Counted from the stretch's first letter, positions 11,018 through 22,050 are shown. The stretch is 64,000 bases of DNA from Phocaeicola sp. (GCA_045647865.1 JAZRMW010000020.1:37915-101914); one strand, 5' to 3'. The notes: generated by a model not told the origin, from the letters alone. Numbers and translations: made by a program.

Positions 11018-11712
11018 AATCCTTTTTCTACAAGTGGTTCGACATCATTGATTATGACCTGCATCTGTTGTACTATCACATCAAAGTATTCAGCAGATTG
11101 GCATTTAGGGGTAAAGGGGCTTATATCGGTTTCCCATCGTTGATAAATAACCCATCCAATGTCTATTTGCATCCCTATTCACGGTTGCAGGGACATCACA
11201 TGATTATCAATGATACGGGTAAGTTCATTATGAAAGAGTATGCTGGCGCATCCTTGAATCTGGTAGTTGTCACAGGCAATCATACTCCGACTGTGGGTAT
11301 TCCTCAGTTCCTGTTGGCCCCCTCCCATGTGAATGATTCCGAGAAAGATGTCATTGTGGAAGAGGATGTCTGGATTGGAACAAATGTAACCCTGTTGTCG
11401 GGAGCACATATCGGTAGAGGAGCCATCGTCGGTGCCAATTCATTGGTCAATTCGGATGTTCCTCCTTATGCCGTTGTCGTTGGTACACCGGCTCGGATTA
11501 TTGGAGTGAAATTCACGGTGCCACAGATACTGGCGCATGAAGAGCGGCTCTATCCCAAGGAGAAACGTTTCTCGCGTGAATATTTGGAAGAACTCTTTGC
11601 CAACCATTATCTGCATAAGAAGGTGTTGGGTACAGATACCCCTCTTACTGAATCACAAGAGATTGCTTTGGAAAAGACCATCTCACTATTGAAATTTGAG
11701 TATTTGAAATAA
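11005..11712 (+). CDS. Hexapeptide-repeat acyltransferase
   Basis: [29 protein letters not shown]...VVGTPARII. Confidence 0.85.
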   Translation: MAKIKSFFYKWFDIIDYDLHLLYYHIKVFSRLAFRGKGAYIGFPSLINNPSNVYLHPYSRLQGHHMIINDTGKFIMKEYAGASLNLVVVTGNHTPTVGIPQFLLAPSHVNDSEKDVIVEEDVWIGTNVTLLSGAHIGRGAIVGANSLVNSDVPPYAVVVGTPARIIGVKFTVPQILAHEERLYPKEKRFSREYLEELFANHYLHKKVLGTDTPLTESQEIALEKTISLLKFEYLK

Positions 11713-11766
11713 TCGCGATAGGAGTAAGAAAATTCAAACAGTTTCTGATATTTCTACTTCCTATCG

Positions 11767-11796
11767 TTTGATTGTGGATTATTTTATATATCTTTG
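11767..11796 (+). promoter_or_regulatory. Probable internal promoter for the downstream GT2, preceded by a hairpin (11716-11766)
   Basis: TTTG at 11767-11770 and TATCTTTG at 11789-11796; cgatagga...tcctatcg inverted repeat upstream. Confidence 0.5.
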
Positions 11797-11929
11797 CAGG
11801 CGTTTTAGTCATACTATAGATAAAGAATGGCCTGTATGGACTCTATATATTGGGAAAGAGAGCATTCTCTCCTTGTTTTTGAATCGCATATTGTGGGAAA
11901 CACAATCCAGTATCTGAATTAATCGTTCT

Positions 11930-12688
11930 ATGAAAGATTTGGTTTCCATCATTATGCCGATGTATAACTCTGCCGCGTACGTGGTAGAGGCCATTCAGTC
12001 TGTCCTTGCCCAAACATATACGAATTGGGAACTGATCGTTGTGGATGATTGTTCGAGAGACGATTCTGTAGCCCGTGTCAAGGAGTTCTGTAGTATAGAT
12101 TCCCGAATCAGTCTGTTCAAGACCGACAAAGCTTCCGGCTCTCCGACCACTCCGAGAAATGAAGGTGTGAAACATGCCAATGGTCGTTTCATCGCTTTTT
12201 TGGATAGCGATGACATGTGGTTGCCAACGAAACTGGAAGAGCAATTGAAGGTCTTTAAAGAAGCTGAGGGTTCTGTGGCCATCGTATATTCCGATTACGA
12301 AAAGATAACGGAAGGTGGTGAACGTTCCGGTCGTGTTGTCAAGGCTCCTGCGAAAGCAACTTACGTCTCTATGCTCAAAGGTAATGTCATCGGAAACCTG
12401 ACCGGTATCTATGATACTGCAAAGGTTGGTAAAGTCTTTTTCCAACGGATACACCATGAAGACTATGTCATGTGGCTTTCCATCTTGAAGAAAGATTTCA
12501 TCGCACGCAATACAGAAACGGTGACTGCTCTCTATCGTGTAAGGAGTGAATCCTTGACTTCGAAGAAGTTTGCGTTGTTGACATGGCAGTGGAATATCTA
12601 TGTCAACGTAGAGAAGACCGGATACCTCCGCGCTATCTATTATTATGCGATTTACGCTTGCAAGGGTTTTTTGAAGAGCTTGATTTAA
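11930..12688 (+). CDS. GT2-family glycosyltransferase (TuaG-like)
   Basis: SIIMPMYN, VDDCSRD, FLDSDDMW, EDY..WL. Confidence 0.88.
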   Translation: MKDLVSIIMPMYNSAAYVVEAIQSVLAQTYTNWELIVVDDCSRDDSVARVKEFCSIDSRISLFKTDKASGSPTTPRNEGVKHANGRFIAFLDSDDMWLPTKLEEQLKVFKEAEGSVAIVYSDYEKITEGGERSGRVVKAPAKATYVSMLKGNVIGNLTGIYDTAKVGKVFFQRIHHEDYVMWLSILKKDFIARNTETVTALYRVRSESLTSKKFALLTWQWNIYVNVEKTGYLRAIYYYAIYACKGFLKSLI

Positions 12689-12891
12689 AGGATTAAAGCT
12701 TTTCATTTTGAGGATCTTCCTCTTCCCTTCTTTTTATATATACTTTGTGTGCTCTTCTTCAGTTGGTGTCAATGCCGCAGGATTCGCGCATCTTATATAA
12801 GTTAGGAGTCTGTTTCAGTCCCGAAACCCGTAATATAGACCGGTGGATGGTGGAGTAATGTTTTACGGTAATCAAGTATAGACGTACATTT

Positions 12892-13848
12892 ATGAAAAGA
12901 ATTGTTGGGTTCTGCATTTTGGCTCTCTTGTGTTTGATTGTTCGTTCTCAAATACTTGATGGAAAGAGGGTGCTTTGGTTGGGAACGTCTATTCCTGCCG
13001 GTTGTACATATCCAAAGAATGCTTGTGCCAATTTGGGAATGGAATGCCTGAATCATGCCATTGGTGAATCCTTTATTGCAGAGCGGATATTTACTCTGCC
13101 GCAGCCGCATTTGGGATACAGCCTCGCTATGTCCGCTGAAGAAAAGGATTCGGCATACCGGCATTTCGTTGAAGAAGGAATGATAGATAAGCATCAGTTG
13201 GATGTGTGGAAGTTTACCAGTTATGACAATCGGATGACTCCCTATCTGAACGATGTGGATATTGTCATCTTAGACCATGGTTACAATGATGCTTTCACTA
13301 TTAACCATGAATCGGGCATCAAACCTGAGGATATTGATTGGGAGTCAGAAGACAAGAAAACATTTATCGGTGCTTTCAATTTCCTCTATCGGAAGATTAA
13401 GGAGGCGAACCCCAACCTGATTGTCGCTATCGGAGGTTACTTCCAGAATACCTGTACATTCAGCTATACAGTGACGGGAAAGCATTTGAGCCAAGTGCTG
13501 ACCATGATTGCAGAACACTACAATCTGCCATTGCTTGATGCATGGAATTATACGGGTATCAAGGATGGGTATATTCCGGACTCAAAAAACTATTTTGATG
13601 AACTCAATGCTCAATACGGTACAAACTACCACAATTTGTTTCCGAATGAAGACGGAGATATCACATGTTTCCAAAAGTTTTGTCCCGATGGAGTACATCC
13701 TTTTTCTGACCCGACAGGTGAATCTGATCGGATACTTGATGAAGTGTTCACCTATTTACTGGCGGACAAACTTGTGCCGTTAGTTGTTTCAGAAATAACG
13801 GGGGGGGGCTTGTTTAGATACAGAGATTTATACGATTCATGGCTGTAA
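12892..13848 (+). CDS. Exported SGNH/GDSL hydrolase; frameshifted at a G9 tract away from a T9SS-like C-terminus that would end at 13924
   Basis: Signal peptide; LGTSI (block I), G.ND, DGVHP; G9 at 13800-13808; +1 frame continues TEIYTIHGCKLSSPRKGLNIMRMSDGTVRKYWKR. Confidence 0.75.
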   Translation: MKRIVGFCILALLCLIVRSQILDGKRVLWLGTSIPAGCTYPKNACANLGMECLNHAIGESFIAERIFTLPQPHLGYSLAMSAEEKDSAYRHFVEEGMIDKHQLDVWKFTSYDNRMTPYLNDVDIVILDHGYNDAFTINHESGIKPEDIDWESEDKKTFIGAFNFLYRKIKEANPNLIVAIGGYFQNTCTFSYTVTGKHLSQVLTMIAEHYNLPLLDAWNYTGIKDGYIPDSKNYFDELNAQYGTNYHNLFPNEDGDITCFQKFCPDGVHPFSDPTGESDRILDEVFTYLLADKLVPLVVSEITGGGLFRYRDLYDSWL

Positions 13849-13964
13849 ACTCTCTTCTCCAAGAAAAGGACTTAATATCATGAGAATGTCAGACGGTACT
13901 GTCAGGAAATATTGGAAAAGATGATGGCAGGCTCTCTCGCTTTTTGGGGAATTAATCTTTTGTT

Positions 13965-14984
13965 TTAGTTGCTTTGTTCCTTATTGTTTTTATCGAATAG
14001 AGGTTTGTTGACGGAGTTGCGGACGATGTCATGCAACAATTGCAGTTCCTTCATGTCAAGGGGCGTAACAATATGCTTGGTTGAATGGGGTATGGAATCC
14101 ATCCTTTGGCTGTATATCGGATGAAAGATGGATTGGAACCACGTGCAGGCCAATGCATACTGGCCGATAGGGTGATTGATGTGGATGCCGTCGTTCGTAA
14201 AATCCGAAGAATCTTTATTGATGAGGCTGTTCCTTAATTCATGGATGACAGTGCCTGATGGAATGACGTATTTGATACCGGTCTCCTCCAAGGCCATTCC
14301 TGTAGTCTGGCAAATGGATTCGTACATCATGGCAGGATTGTAGTTGTATGGCGCAAAGGCTTTAGTCTGGCATAGGGTAGAGTAGGGCCATGTCATATGC
14401 CAGGCAAAAACCACATCCGGATTGGTTGCTGATGATAAGAGGTGCTCTATGAACCGGTTGAGGTAAGGCTGATAATGATTGTATAAGCCGGATAGGGCCG
14501 AGGCCTGTTGCAAGACGATGATGTCCCAATCGGCATGTTGTATGGCCTCTTCTATCGTTGCATGGGAAGAGAGGGTCTTCCATTCGTATTCTTCTGACGG
14601 TTTCACTTGGAACAAATAGACGGGTGAAGCCTTGCGGAAGAACTGTTCATGGTTCTGAAGGGTAGCTCCTCCGTAGCCGATTTTTCCTAATGTAATGTGG
14701 TTGAGTTCATGAGCCTTGAGCAACTGGGGAAGCAGATCCATACTGTTGTCGGTAAAGCTGTTTCCGATGGCTAAGATTTTTAAAGAATCAGAGGAGGAAG
14801 GCCATTCCGAATTTTCATTATGATTCTTGGCATAAACAGATAATGGGGAGTTGGAAACCCAATCGAACTCCCTTTCGGAACATCCTGATAGCGTCAGGCA
14901 TAATGCCATGACGATATGTGAACAGAATATGGATATAGTTGTCCTATACATAGCTTTTTTTGATATTGAACAACTTGAATACAA
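13965..14984 (-). CDS. SGNH-like lipoprotein (DUF4886-like)
   Basis: Lipobox LSGC; KILAIGNSF, WDIIVLQQAS, DGIH. Confidence 0.75.
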   Translation of the reverse strand: MYSSCSISKKAMYRTTISIFCSHIVMALCLTLSGCSEREFDWVSNSPLSVYAKNHNENSEWPSSSDSLKILAIGNSFTDNSMDLLPQLLKAHELNHITLGKIGYGGATLQNHEQFFRKASPVYLFQVKPSEEYEWKTLSSHATIEEAIQHADWDIIVLQQASALSGLYNHYQPYLNRFIEHLLSSATNPDVVFAWHMTWPYSTLCQTKAFAPYNYNPAMMYESICQTTGMALEETGIKYVIPSGTVIHELRNSLINKDSSDFTNDGIHINHPIGQYALACTWFQSIFHPIYSQRMDSIPHSTKHIVTPLDMKELQLLHDIVRNSVNKPLFDKNNKEQSN

Positions 14985-15044
14985 ACCTTGTTTCTCATTC
15001 TGCCAAATATGATAAGAAACAATGGGAATGTCTGTCTTTTTTGC

Positions 15045-15653
15045 TTAGAACTTCTTTCCCGTTACAATGGATGCCATGGTCAGGAAGATGATCTTGAAGT
15101 CGTAGTACAACGAACGGTTGGTCAAGTATTCCAAGTCCATGCGCAGGCGCTCGAGCATCTTTTCCATCGTATCGGTATATCCGTTGTAGAGAGTGGCAGG
15201 AGAGAAAATGCCTGGACGCATCAGATAGACGTATTGGTAATCGGAGTTTTGCTCCATAATCTTCTCTGCAAAGTAGGGACGTTCGGGACGGGGACCTACG
15301 AGTGACATGTCACCGGTGAATATGTTCCACAATTGAGGCAATTCATCCAAGTGGTGGTCACGGAGGAAACGGCCGACCTTGGTCAGACGGTCATCCTTCT
15401 CTTGGCAGAGTTGGGGCACTCCGTTGTCTTCCGATGCTATAATCATGGAGCGGAACTTGTAGATGGTGAAGAGTTTCCCTTTGTAACCTACACGTTCCTG
15501 TGAGAAAATGGGCTTGCCACCATCTTCAATTTTGATGGCTAACCAGATTGCTAAATAGAAGGGGGAGAGAATCACCATTCCGAAGAATGATGCGATAATA
15601 TCAATCAATCGCTTTATACAACGCGCCAAAGGCGACATGGCATCTTTATACAT
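15045..15653 (-). CDS. Priming phosphoglycosyl transferase (bacterial sugar transferase family)
   Basis: KRLIDI, F.IYKFRSM, DELPQLWNI..GDMSLVGPRPE. Confidence 0.92.
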   Translation of the reverse strand: MYKDAMSPLARCIKRLIDIIASFFGMVILSPFYLAIWLAIKIEDGGKPIFSQERVGYKGKLFTIYKFRSMIIASEDNGVPQLCQEKDDRLTKVGRFLRDHHLDELPQLWNIFTGDMSLVGPRPERPYFAEKIMEQNSDYQYVYLMRPGIFSPATLYNGYTDTMEKMLERLRMDLEYLTNRSLYYDFKIIFLTMASIVTGKKF

Positions 15654-15736
15654 AATTGTTCTTTTTCCAGTTGGTGTTCTGTTATACTCTAATAACTCTT
15701 TTTCCTTAATTTTATTATATGGATTCTGCTCTTTTT

Positions 15737-16183
15737 TTAGAATTTTTTGAAGGTTAGTTCACGGTGTGCTGAGCGAAGAATCATTTCATCGGCATCCAAT
15801 TTCCTGACCGCATAACGAGAGGTGGTTCCATCGAGGTAGAAAGGAGCAAGACTCCGGGCTGTACCCATTATACCTTCGTTTTGGAAAATGCGGAAATTGT
15901 GCAGAATCAGTGAGTCACCCGTGTGGATAAAGCGTCCGATATGGGGCATGTATATCTCAGGGCTGTCGTTCCTATACAGCCGTTTCACGGTGATAAGGTG
16001 TTGTTGGACGGAATAATAGACACACTGCTCTTTGACTTGAGTGACTTCGCCATTCTCTGTTAAATCTTCCACTGTACGCAAATGCCACATGCCGTCAAGG
16101 TCACCATTGATGTCAAATTTACCGCATGAGCAGATGAAAACCATCGTACATAGGGTTAGAAGATTGTATATTGTTCTTTTCAT
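15737..16183 (-). CDS. Lipocalin-like lipoprotein
   Basis: Lipobox-like CSC; NGDLDGMWHL (GxW) motif; C-terminal F.KF. Confidence 0.7.
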   Translation of the reverse strand: MKRTIYNLLTLCTMVFICSCGKFDINGDLDGMWHLRTVEDLTENGEVTQVKEQCVYYSVQQHLITVKRLYRNDSPEIYMPHIGRFIHTGDSLILHNFRIFQNEGIMGTARSLAPFYLDGTTSRYAVRKLDADEMILRSAHRELTFKKF

Positions 16184-16211
16184 TTTTCTTTCAGACTGTT
16201 TTGTTGAAGAT

Positions 16212-17747
16212 TTAACGGGTGAGTATTCCGCTTTTGCTTATGGTAATCATGCCTCCAAAATTGTTTCCTACGATGGTCTTTCCGTGGTCGTAAGCGATGG
16301 AACCTTGGAGTTTCCAACCTTCCCATTGGGCAGGAGCATACGCAACCTCAAGGAGAGCTGAGGTTTGCTCTTCGGTATCAATCAGAGGAGTATCGTAGCT
16401 TCCCCAATGTTTGCTGTGCGACAGTAAAAGACGGTAGTTGAGTCCTTCCATGGGAGAACCACTGACACCGAAGTGGTGGCTCATGACACGGTTGTAGTAA
16501 AATTTGAGTTTCCCCTTATTGTTGTAAAAGAAGTTAGTGTGTGTTTTCGTGTTATAGATGGGTGAAAGCAAGAACGGTGAACCCATGCTCATGCCCCAAT
16601 GTTGCCATCCGGGGTAGAGGAGATGGTTGTAGTAGTCATCCTTGGCACTTACCTGATCAGGAATTTCGGGTGTGTGGTCATGATAGACGGCTCCCGCTTG
16701 ATCTTTGCTTCCCATGTATTCGTAGAGGAAAGTATGTACAAAAGGATTTTTCGGGAGGGTCACTTCGAGGCCAACCAGACCATCTTCCCATCCATATTCG
16801 TGAAACATCATGGAGTGATCATCAAACATGTGTTCGTAGTAGGCGCGTATCTTCCAGTCTTCGGGATCATAGGTGAAAGAGAAGTGCCAGCTTCCGATGT
16901 GGTTGCCTGAAGCGTTGGCATAACTTTCTCCATCGGAGGTTTCTCCGTCTGTCGCATCACCTCCCATGGGAATAAGGGCCTCGAAAAAGTCTTTAAGGCT
17001 TGTACCCATCTTGAAATCTTGAGTCTTTATCTCTTCACGTCCCCATGTTACGTTGTAAGCATGTCCGCCGAATTGGGTAGCCATTTCCAATGCTCCTTCA
17101 AAGTAAAAAGGATTTTTCTTTTCGTTTCCGATTTTTAGGTATCCGGCTTTTACATGGTGAAGGGCATCCAATGTATATCGTTGGCCGGGGGCTATAAAAT
17201 CACGTTGCCAATTGTTGTCGGTGTACATACCATAACCGAGGAAACCTTTGATGTGTAACCAGTCGCCTGTACCGGGGATGGTGACATATTCGGGGAGTTC
17301 AAAACGTACTTGGGGGACGGGGCGTGCATTCGTACCGAAAATGAGTCCTCCGCTACTGAGTAGGGGATTCTTGAATGCAGAAGGGCGCTCCTTGCTTCCG
17401 ATGCTCAGTTGCATCCTTTTCCATGCGATGTCATAGTAGGCCTGTTGGACAATGAAGGAAGAGGTATGGTTGTATGCACCAGCCAGTTCAAGACCGTATC
17501 CGTGACGCCAATTGCGGTTGTTATCTTCCTCTAAGGAACGGAAGATTCCGGCTTTCAGATAACCGCTGTTTGTATCTGTTGAAAATAGTCCGTGGCGGTT
17601 AGCCGTGAACCAAAAGGGTGCGAAGTCATCGCCGTTGCTCCATGCAACACTGCTTTCTACGTTGTAACGGATTCCCTTGTGCAAGGATTGGCCAAATGCG
17701 TTGAAGCCGTACAGCAACAAGGCTATCAGGCATACTGTATATTTCAT
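16212..17747 (-). CDS. Capsule assembly Wzi-family outer membrane protein
   Basis: Signal peptide; PFWFTANRHG, NARPVPQV, DDYYNH..Y.GW; start placed at 17747 because a TATCTTTG element lies at 17775-17782 (-). Confidence 0.8.
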   Translation of the reverse strand: MKYTVCLIALLLYGFNAFGQSLHKGIRYNVESSVAWSNGDDFAPFWFTANRHGLFSTDTNSGYLKAGIFRSLEEDNNRNWRHGYGLELAGAYNHTSSFIVQQAYYDIAWKRMQLSIGSKERPSAFKNPLLSSGGLIFGTNARPVPQVRFELPEYVTIPGTGDWLHIKGFLGYGMYTDNNWQRDFIAPGQRYTLDALHHVKAGYLKIGNEKKNPFYFEGALEMATQFGGHAYNVTWGREEIKTQDFKMGTSLKDFFEALIPMGGDATDGETSDGESYANASGNHIGSWHFSFTYDPEDWKIRAYYEHMFDDHSMMFHEYGWEDGLVGLEVTLPKNPFVHTFLYEYMGSKDQAGAVYHDHTPEIPDQVSAKDDYYNHLLYPGWQHWGMSMGSPFLLSPIYNTKTHTNFFYNNKGKLKFYYNRVMSHHFGVSGSPMEGLNYRLLLSHSKHWGSYDTPLIDTEEQTSALLEVAYAPAQWEGWKLQGSIAYDHGKTIVGNNFGGMITISKSGILTR

Positions 17748-17812
17748 ATACTCTCTCTTATTCATAATATCGTGCAAAGATACGAATAAGCCTTCAAATA
17801 TGCACACAAATA

Positions 17813-17890
17813 AGGCACGGATTACATGGATTCCACGGTTTTTCTTTTGACAAAAGTCAAATGTCCGTGTAATCCGCGTAATCCGTGCCT
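17813..17890. repeat. Nonamer-based (CACGGATTA-like) palindromic element
   Basis: 26-bp arms at 17813-17838 and 17865-17890, 3 mismatches. Confidence 0.85.
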
Positions 17891-17915
17891 GAATATAGAT
17901 TACTTCTGCGAAGTA

Positions 17916-19166
17916 TTATCCCTTGATGGCTGCAATACCCGGGAGTACCTTACCTTCGATAGCTTCGAGCAGAGCACCACCACCAGTAGAGATGTATGAT
18001 ACTTGGTCAGCCATACCGAACTTGTTGATGCAAGCTACAGAGTCACCACCACCGATGAGTGAGAATGCTCCGTTAGCAGTAGCCTTAGCGATAGCGTCAG
18101 CAATAGCGCGGCTACCTGCAGTAAAGTTGTCCATTTCGAACACACCGGCAGGACCGTTCCAAAGGATAGTCTTGGCAGGTTCGATAGCGGCAGCGAATGC
18201 TACACGGCTTTCAGGACCAGCATCGAGACCTTCGAAACCTGCAGGAATGTCGCCTGAAGGACAAATCTGAGTGTTGCAATCGTTCTTGAAATCATCACCA
18301 GCAACGCAGTCAGTAGCCAATACGAGGTTTACGCCCTTAGCCTTAGCCTGCTCCATGATGTTGAGAGCGAGGTCGAGCTTGTCATTTTCGCAGATTGAGT
18401 TACCTACTTCGCCACCCATAGCTTTGGCAAATGTGTAAGTCATACCACCGCAGAGGATGAGGTTGTCCACCTTGTCCATCAAGTTCTCGATGATACCAAT
18501 CTTGGTAGAAACCTTTGAACCACCCATGATAGCAGTGAAAGGACGCTTGATGTTGCTCAAGATGTTGTCAACAGCTGTTACTTCCTTCTCCATCAAGTAG
18601 CCGAGCATCTTGTGGTCTGCATCGAAGTAGTCGGCGATAACGGCGGTTGAAGCGTGCTTGCGGTGAGCGGTACCGAAAGCATCGTTTACGTAGCAGTCAG
18701 CGTAGCTTGCCAATGTCTTGGCGAACTCTTTCTGGCTTGCCTTCATAGCCTTCTTAGCCTCTTCGTAAGCGGGATCTTCCTTGTCGATACCTACGGGCTT
18801 ACCTTCTTCTTCACCATAGAAACGGAGGTTTTCGAGCAACAGAGCTTCACCGGGTTGCAAAGCAGCAGCGGCATCAGCAGCCTTGGCGCAATCGGGAGCG
18901 AATTTAACGGCTACACCCAATCTCTCAGATACAGCGTCAACAATCTGGCTCAAAGAATATTTGGCATTCACTTTGCCTTTGGGCTTACCCATGTGTGACA
19001 TGATGATAACGCTACCACCGTCTGCCAAAATCTTCTTCAAAGTAGGCAGAGCACCGCGGATACGGGTGTCGTCAGTAATCTTACCATTTTCATCCAGGGG
19101 TACGTTGAAGTCCACACGTACGATTGCCTTCTTACCGGCAAAGTTGAAATTGTCAATTGTCTGCAT
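17916..19166 (-). CDS. pgk: Phosphoglycerate kinase
   Basis: [34 protein letters not shown]. Confidence 0.98.
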   Translation of the reverse strand: MQTIDNFNFAGKKAIVRVDFNVPLDENGKITDDTRIRGALPTLKKILADGGSVIIMSHMGKPKGKVNAKYSLSQIVDAVSERLGVAVKFAPDCAKAADAAAALQPGEALLLENLRFYGEEEGKPVGIDKEDPAYEEAKKAMKASQKEFAKTLASYADCYVNDAFGTAHRKHASTAVIADYFDADHKMLGYLMEKEVTAVDNILSNIKRPFTAIMGGSKVSTKIGIIENLMDKVDNLILCGGMTYTFAKAMGGEVGNSICENDKLDLALNIMEQAKAKGVNLVLATDCVAGDDFKNDCNTQICPSGDIPAGFEGLDAGPESRVAFAAAIEPAKTILWNGPAGVFEMDNFTAGSRAIADAIAKATANGAFSLIGGGDSVACINKFGMADQVSYISTGGGALLEAIEGKVLPGIAAIKG

Positions 19167-19272
19167 AATCTTTAAACGTTTAAATTTTATTGATAGTTAT
19201 GTGTAAATGTCTGTTTAAAATCTCCGACAAAGGTAGGACTTTCTTTTAAATGTCCGAAGTAAAACCTCTTAA

Positions 19273-19965
19273 TTATCTTTTGTTTTTGTCGCTTTTGGTT
19301 TGTTTTAGGTTTTCTTCGCACAGATGGTGTGCTTTTTTGTAATGCTTACATAGCAAACGAATGCCGCATGATTCGCACTTTGGGCGTAGGGCTGTACAGG
19401 TATATCGGCCATGTAAGATAAGCCAATGGTGAGCGGTGGCTATAATTCCTTTGGGAAAATATTTGATTAGTTCCTTTTCTACAGAGAGTGGAGTCGTGTG
19501 TTTGGTCGTGACAAGACCGATACGGTGGCTTACGCGGAAAACGTGGGTATCTACTGGCATGGCATCGCGTCCCCATACTACAGCTTGTATTACATTGGCC
19601 GTTTTTCGGCCTACTCCGGGTAGCTTTGTCAAATCTTCCAAGTTGTTCGGCACTTCACCATTGAACTTTTTCATCAACATCTGTGCCATCCCCACCAAAT
19701 GTTTTGCTTTATTGTTGGGATAGGAGATGCTGCGTACATATTCAAAGATAGTCTCAGGAGAACTGGCGGCCAAAGCTTCTGGGGTGGGGTAGTCATGAAA
19801 AAGAGCTGGCGTAACCATGTTTACCCGCTTGTCAGTGCATTGGGCAGAAAGAATGACGGCCACCAGCAATTGAAAGGGAGTCTCGTAGTCCAATTCAGTT
19901 TCTGCTACAGGCATTGCCTGTTGGAAATAGGCTGTTACTTGGTCAAACAGTTCTTGTTTCTTCAT
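19273..19965 (-). CDS. nth: Endonuclease III
   Basis: LSAQCTD, HhH LPGVGRKTAN, VDTHV, CxxxxxxCxxCxxxxxC Fe-S motif. Confidence 0.96.
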   Translation of the reverse strand: MKKQELFDQVTAYFQQAMPVAETELDYETPFQLLVAVILSAQCTDKRVNMVTPALFHDYPTPEALAASSPETIFEYVRSISYPNNKAKHLVGMAQMLMKKFNGEVPNNLEDLTKLPGVGRKTANVIQAVVWGRDAMPVDTHVFRVSHRIGLVTTKHTTPLSVEKELIKYFPKGIIATAHHWLILHGRYTCTALRPKCESCGIRLLCKHYKKAHHLCEENLKQTKSDKNKR

Positions 19966-19977
19966 GACAGTTTAAAT

Positions 19978-20028
19978 AGTAACGAGCTACGAATGACTGC
20001 TAAGATTTGTCATTTGTAGCTCGTTACT
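19978..20028. repeat. Heptamer-based palindromic element between pheS and nth
   Basis: agtaacgagctacgaatgac / gtcatttgtagctcgttact, 19 of 20 paired. Confidence 0.8.
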
Positions 20029-20039
20029 TGTCGCTAAGT

Positions 20040-21077
20040 TTAATTTGCTGATTCAAACTCTTTCAAGAAGCGGATGTCATTTTCTGAAAACATACGCAAA
20101 TCTTTTACCTGATATTTCAGGTTGGTGATACGCTCGACACCAAGACCGAAGGCGTATCCGCTATACACCTTGCTGTCAATGCCGCTGGCTTCCAATACGT
20201 TCGGGTCAACCATGCCGCAACCAAGGATTTCTACCCAACCGGTGTGCTTGCAGAAGGCACATCCCTTACCCCCGCAGATGTTACAACTGATGTCCATTTC
20301 GGCTGAAGGCTCGGTGAAGGGGAAGTATGAGGGGCGCAGACGAATCTTTGTCTCGTTGCCAAACATCTCCTTTGCAAAGAGCAGAAGAACCTGCTTCAAA
20401 TCGGTGAATGAAACATTCTTGTCGATATAGAGTCCTTCAATCTGGTGGAAGAAGCAGTGCGCACGATAGCTGATTGCTTCGTTTCTATATACTCGTCCAG
20501 GGCATAAAATGCGGATGGGAGGTTCGGGGGTCGTCTCCATACCATGTACTTGTACGCTACTGGTGTGGGTACGGAGGATGATGTTCTTCGTAACATCCTC
20601 GGTATTCTGTTCGATGAAGAAGGTGTCCTGCATGTCGCGTGCGGGATGGTCGGCTGCAAAATTCAGTTTGGTGAATACGTGCAGGTCATCCTCCACTTCG
20701 GGACCTTCGGCAATGCTGAATCCCAAACGGGCAAAGATGTCGATGATTTCATTCTTCACGATAGAAAGCGGGTGACGTGTACCCAATCCGATGGGGTAGG
20801 CTGTACGGGTCAAGTCAAGTTCATTGGTACCGTTGTCCTGGTTGGCGAAGTTTTCCTTCAGAGTGTTGATACGCTCTTGAGCCTTGTTCTTCAACTCGTT
20901 CAATTTCATACCAACCTCTTTCTTCTGTTCAGCAGGTACGTTGCGGAAGTCTGCCATCAAGTCGTTGATAGCTCCCTTCTTACTCAGGTATTTGATGCGT
21001 AAAGCCTCCAATTCCTCGGCATTGTTGGCTTGCAGATTTTCAATTTCGGCAAGTAGTTGCTCTATTTTTTCAATCAT
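20040..21077 (-). CDS. pheS: Phenylalanine-tRNA ligase alpha subunit
   Basis: HPARDMQDTF, LRTHTS, FPFTEPS, GCGMVDP, GYAFGLGVER. Confidence 0.98.
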   Translation of the reverse strand: MIEKIEQLLAEIENLQANNAEELEALRIKYLSKKGAINDLMADFRNVPAEQKKEVGMKLNELKNKAQERINTLKENFANQDNGTNELDLTRTAYPIGLGTRHPLSIVKNEIIDIFARLGFSIAEGPEVEDDLHVFTKLNFAADHPARDMQDTFFIEQNTEDVTKNIILRTHTSSVQVHGMETTPEPPIRILCPGRVYRNEAISYRAHCFFHQIEGLYIDKNVSFTDLKQVLLLFAKEMFGNETKIRLRPSYFPFTEPSAEMDISCNICGGKGCAFCKHTGWVEILGCGMVDPNVLEASGIDSKVYSGYAFGLGVERITNLKYQVKDLRMFSENDIRFLKEFESAN

Positions 21078-21187
21078 ATATAGGTAGTTGTTTGTTCATT
21101 TTTTGCAAAAACGCCGCAAAGTTAACCATTAAAACCGAAAAAAGCATTACTTTTGCGGATAAATTTGTTAGAAGCAGTTTGGATGTG

Positions 21188-22045
21188 ATGAAGAATTTGC
21201 TGATTTGTTGTATCTTGTTTGCATTATTTACGGGTTGCAATCGTCGCCAACAGACTTTGGTCGTGTCTGAATCCGATTCAGTGGCTGTAACGATTGTCGA
21301 TACATTGGCAGAGGATACATTGGCAGAACTTTTTATCTCCCCCGTTGAGGAAAAAGTTTTTTCCGGTAGGGACGGATTATTTGAAGAGTTCCTCTATGAA
21401 TTTTTTGTTGATAGTGTGATGCAGATGCATCGCATACACTTTCCGTTGTCCTATTATTGCAAAGGAAAGGAACTTTTGTTGGATGAAAAGAAGTGGAGTT
21501 CTTCGGAACTTTTTACCCTGACAGACATTTATCACACTCTTGTTGAACGTGATGCAGAGATGGAAATCGAACGTGATACGGCTGTAACAAAAGCTAACTT
21601 GGATTGTATTGACATGCAGAGTGGGGTGGTGAGGACATTCTGTTTCGAAAAGCAGGGGGGGCATTGGTATCTTCTCCATGTGATCGAGCAGGAGGTAAAT
21701 TCCTATAAACATCGTGATTTCTACCGCTTTTATTACCGCTTTGTGAATGATAGTCTCTATCAGAGTCTGCATGTGAATGATCCCATGACGTTTGTTACGG
21801 TTGATCCGGAGGATGAATTCAGTATTCTGGAGGCAAACATTGATATGGAACAATGGTTTGCCTTCCAACCTATGTTGCCCGAACATCTGTTGGTGAACAT
21901 TGATTATGGTGTGAAGCCATCGAGAAGACCGAAACGGAAAATCCTGACATGTAAGAGCATGGGCGAAAACTTTTCTACAACATCCTACTTCCGTCTGATA
22001 GATGGTGAATGGATGCTTACGCGTTTTGAGGATGTGAGTAATTGA
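21188..22045 (+). CDS. Conserved Bacteroidetes lipoprotein (DUF4348-like)
   Basis: MKNLLICC...FTGC lipobox; two F..F...F..D...Q...I/V repeats; position upstream of murB. Confidence 0.7.
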   Translation: MKNLLICCILFALFTGCNRRQQTLVVSESDSVAVTIVDTLAEDTLAELFISPVEEKVFSGRDGLFEEFLYEFFVDSVMQMHRIHFPLSYYCKGKELLLDEKKWSSSELFTLTDIYHTLVERDAEMEIERDTAVTKANLDCIDMQSGVVRTFCFEKQGGHWYLLHVIEQEVNSYKHRDFYRFYYRFVNDSLYQSLHVNDPMTFVTVDPEDEFSILEANIDMEQWFAFQPMLPEHLLVNIDYGVKPSRRPKRKILTCKSMGENFSTTSYFRLIDGEWMLTRFEDVSN

Positions 22046-22050
22046 GAAAA

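Noticed and set aside
11843-12706. 287-aa antisense ORF (likewise 21377-22093, 5301-5942, 52943-53515)
   Set aside because: Fully antisense to well-supported genes and has no recognisable motifs
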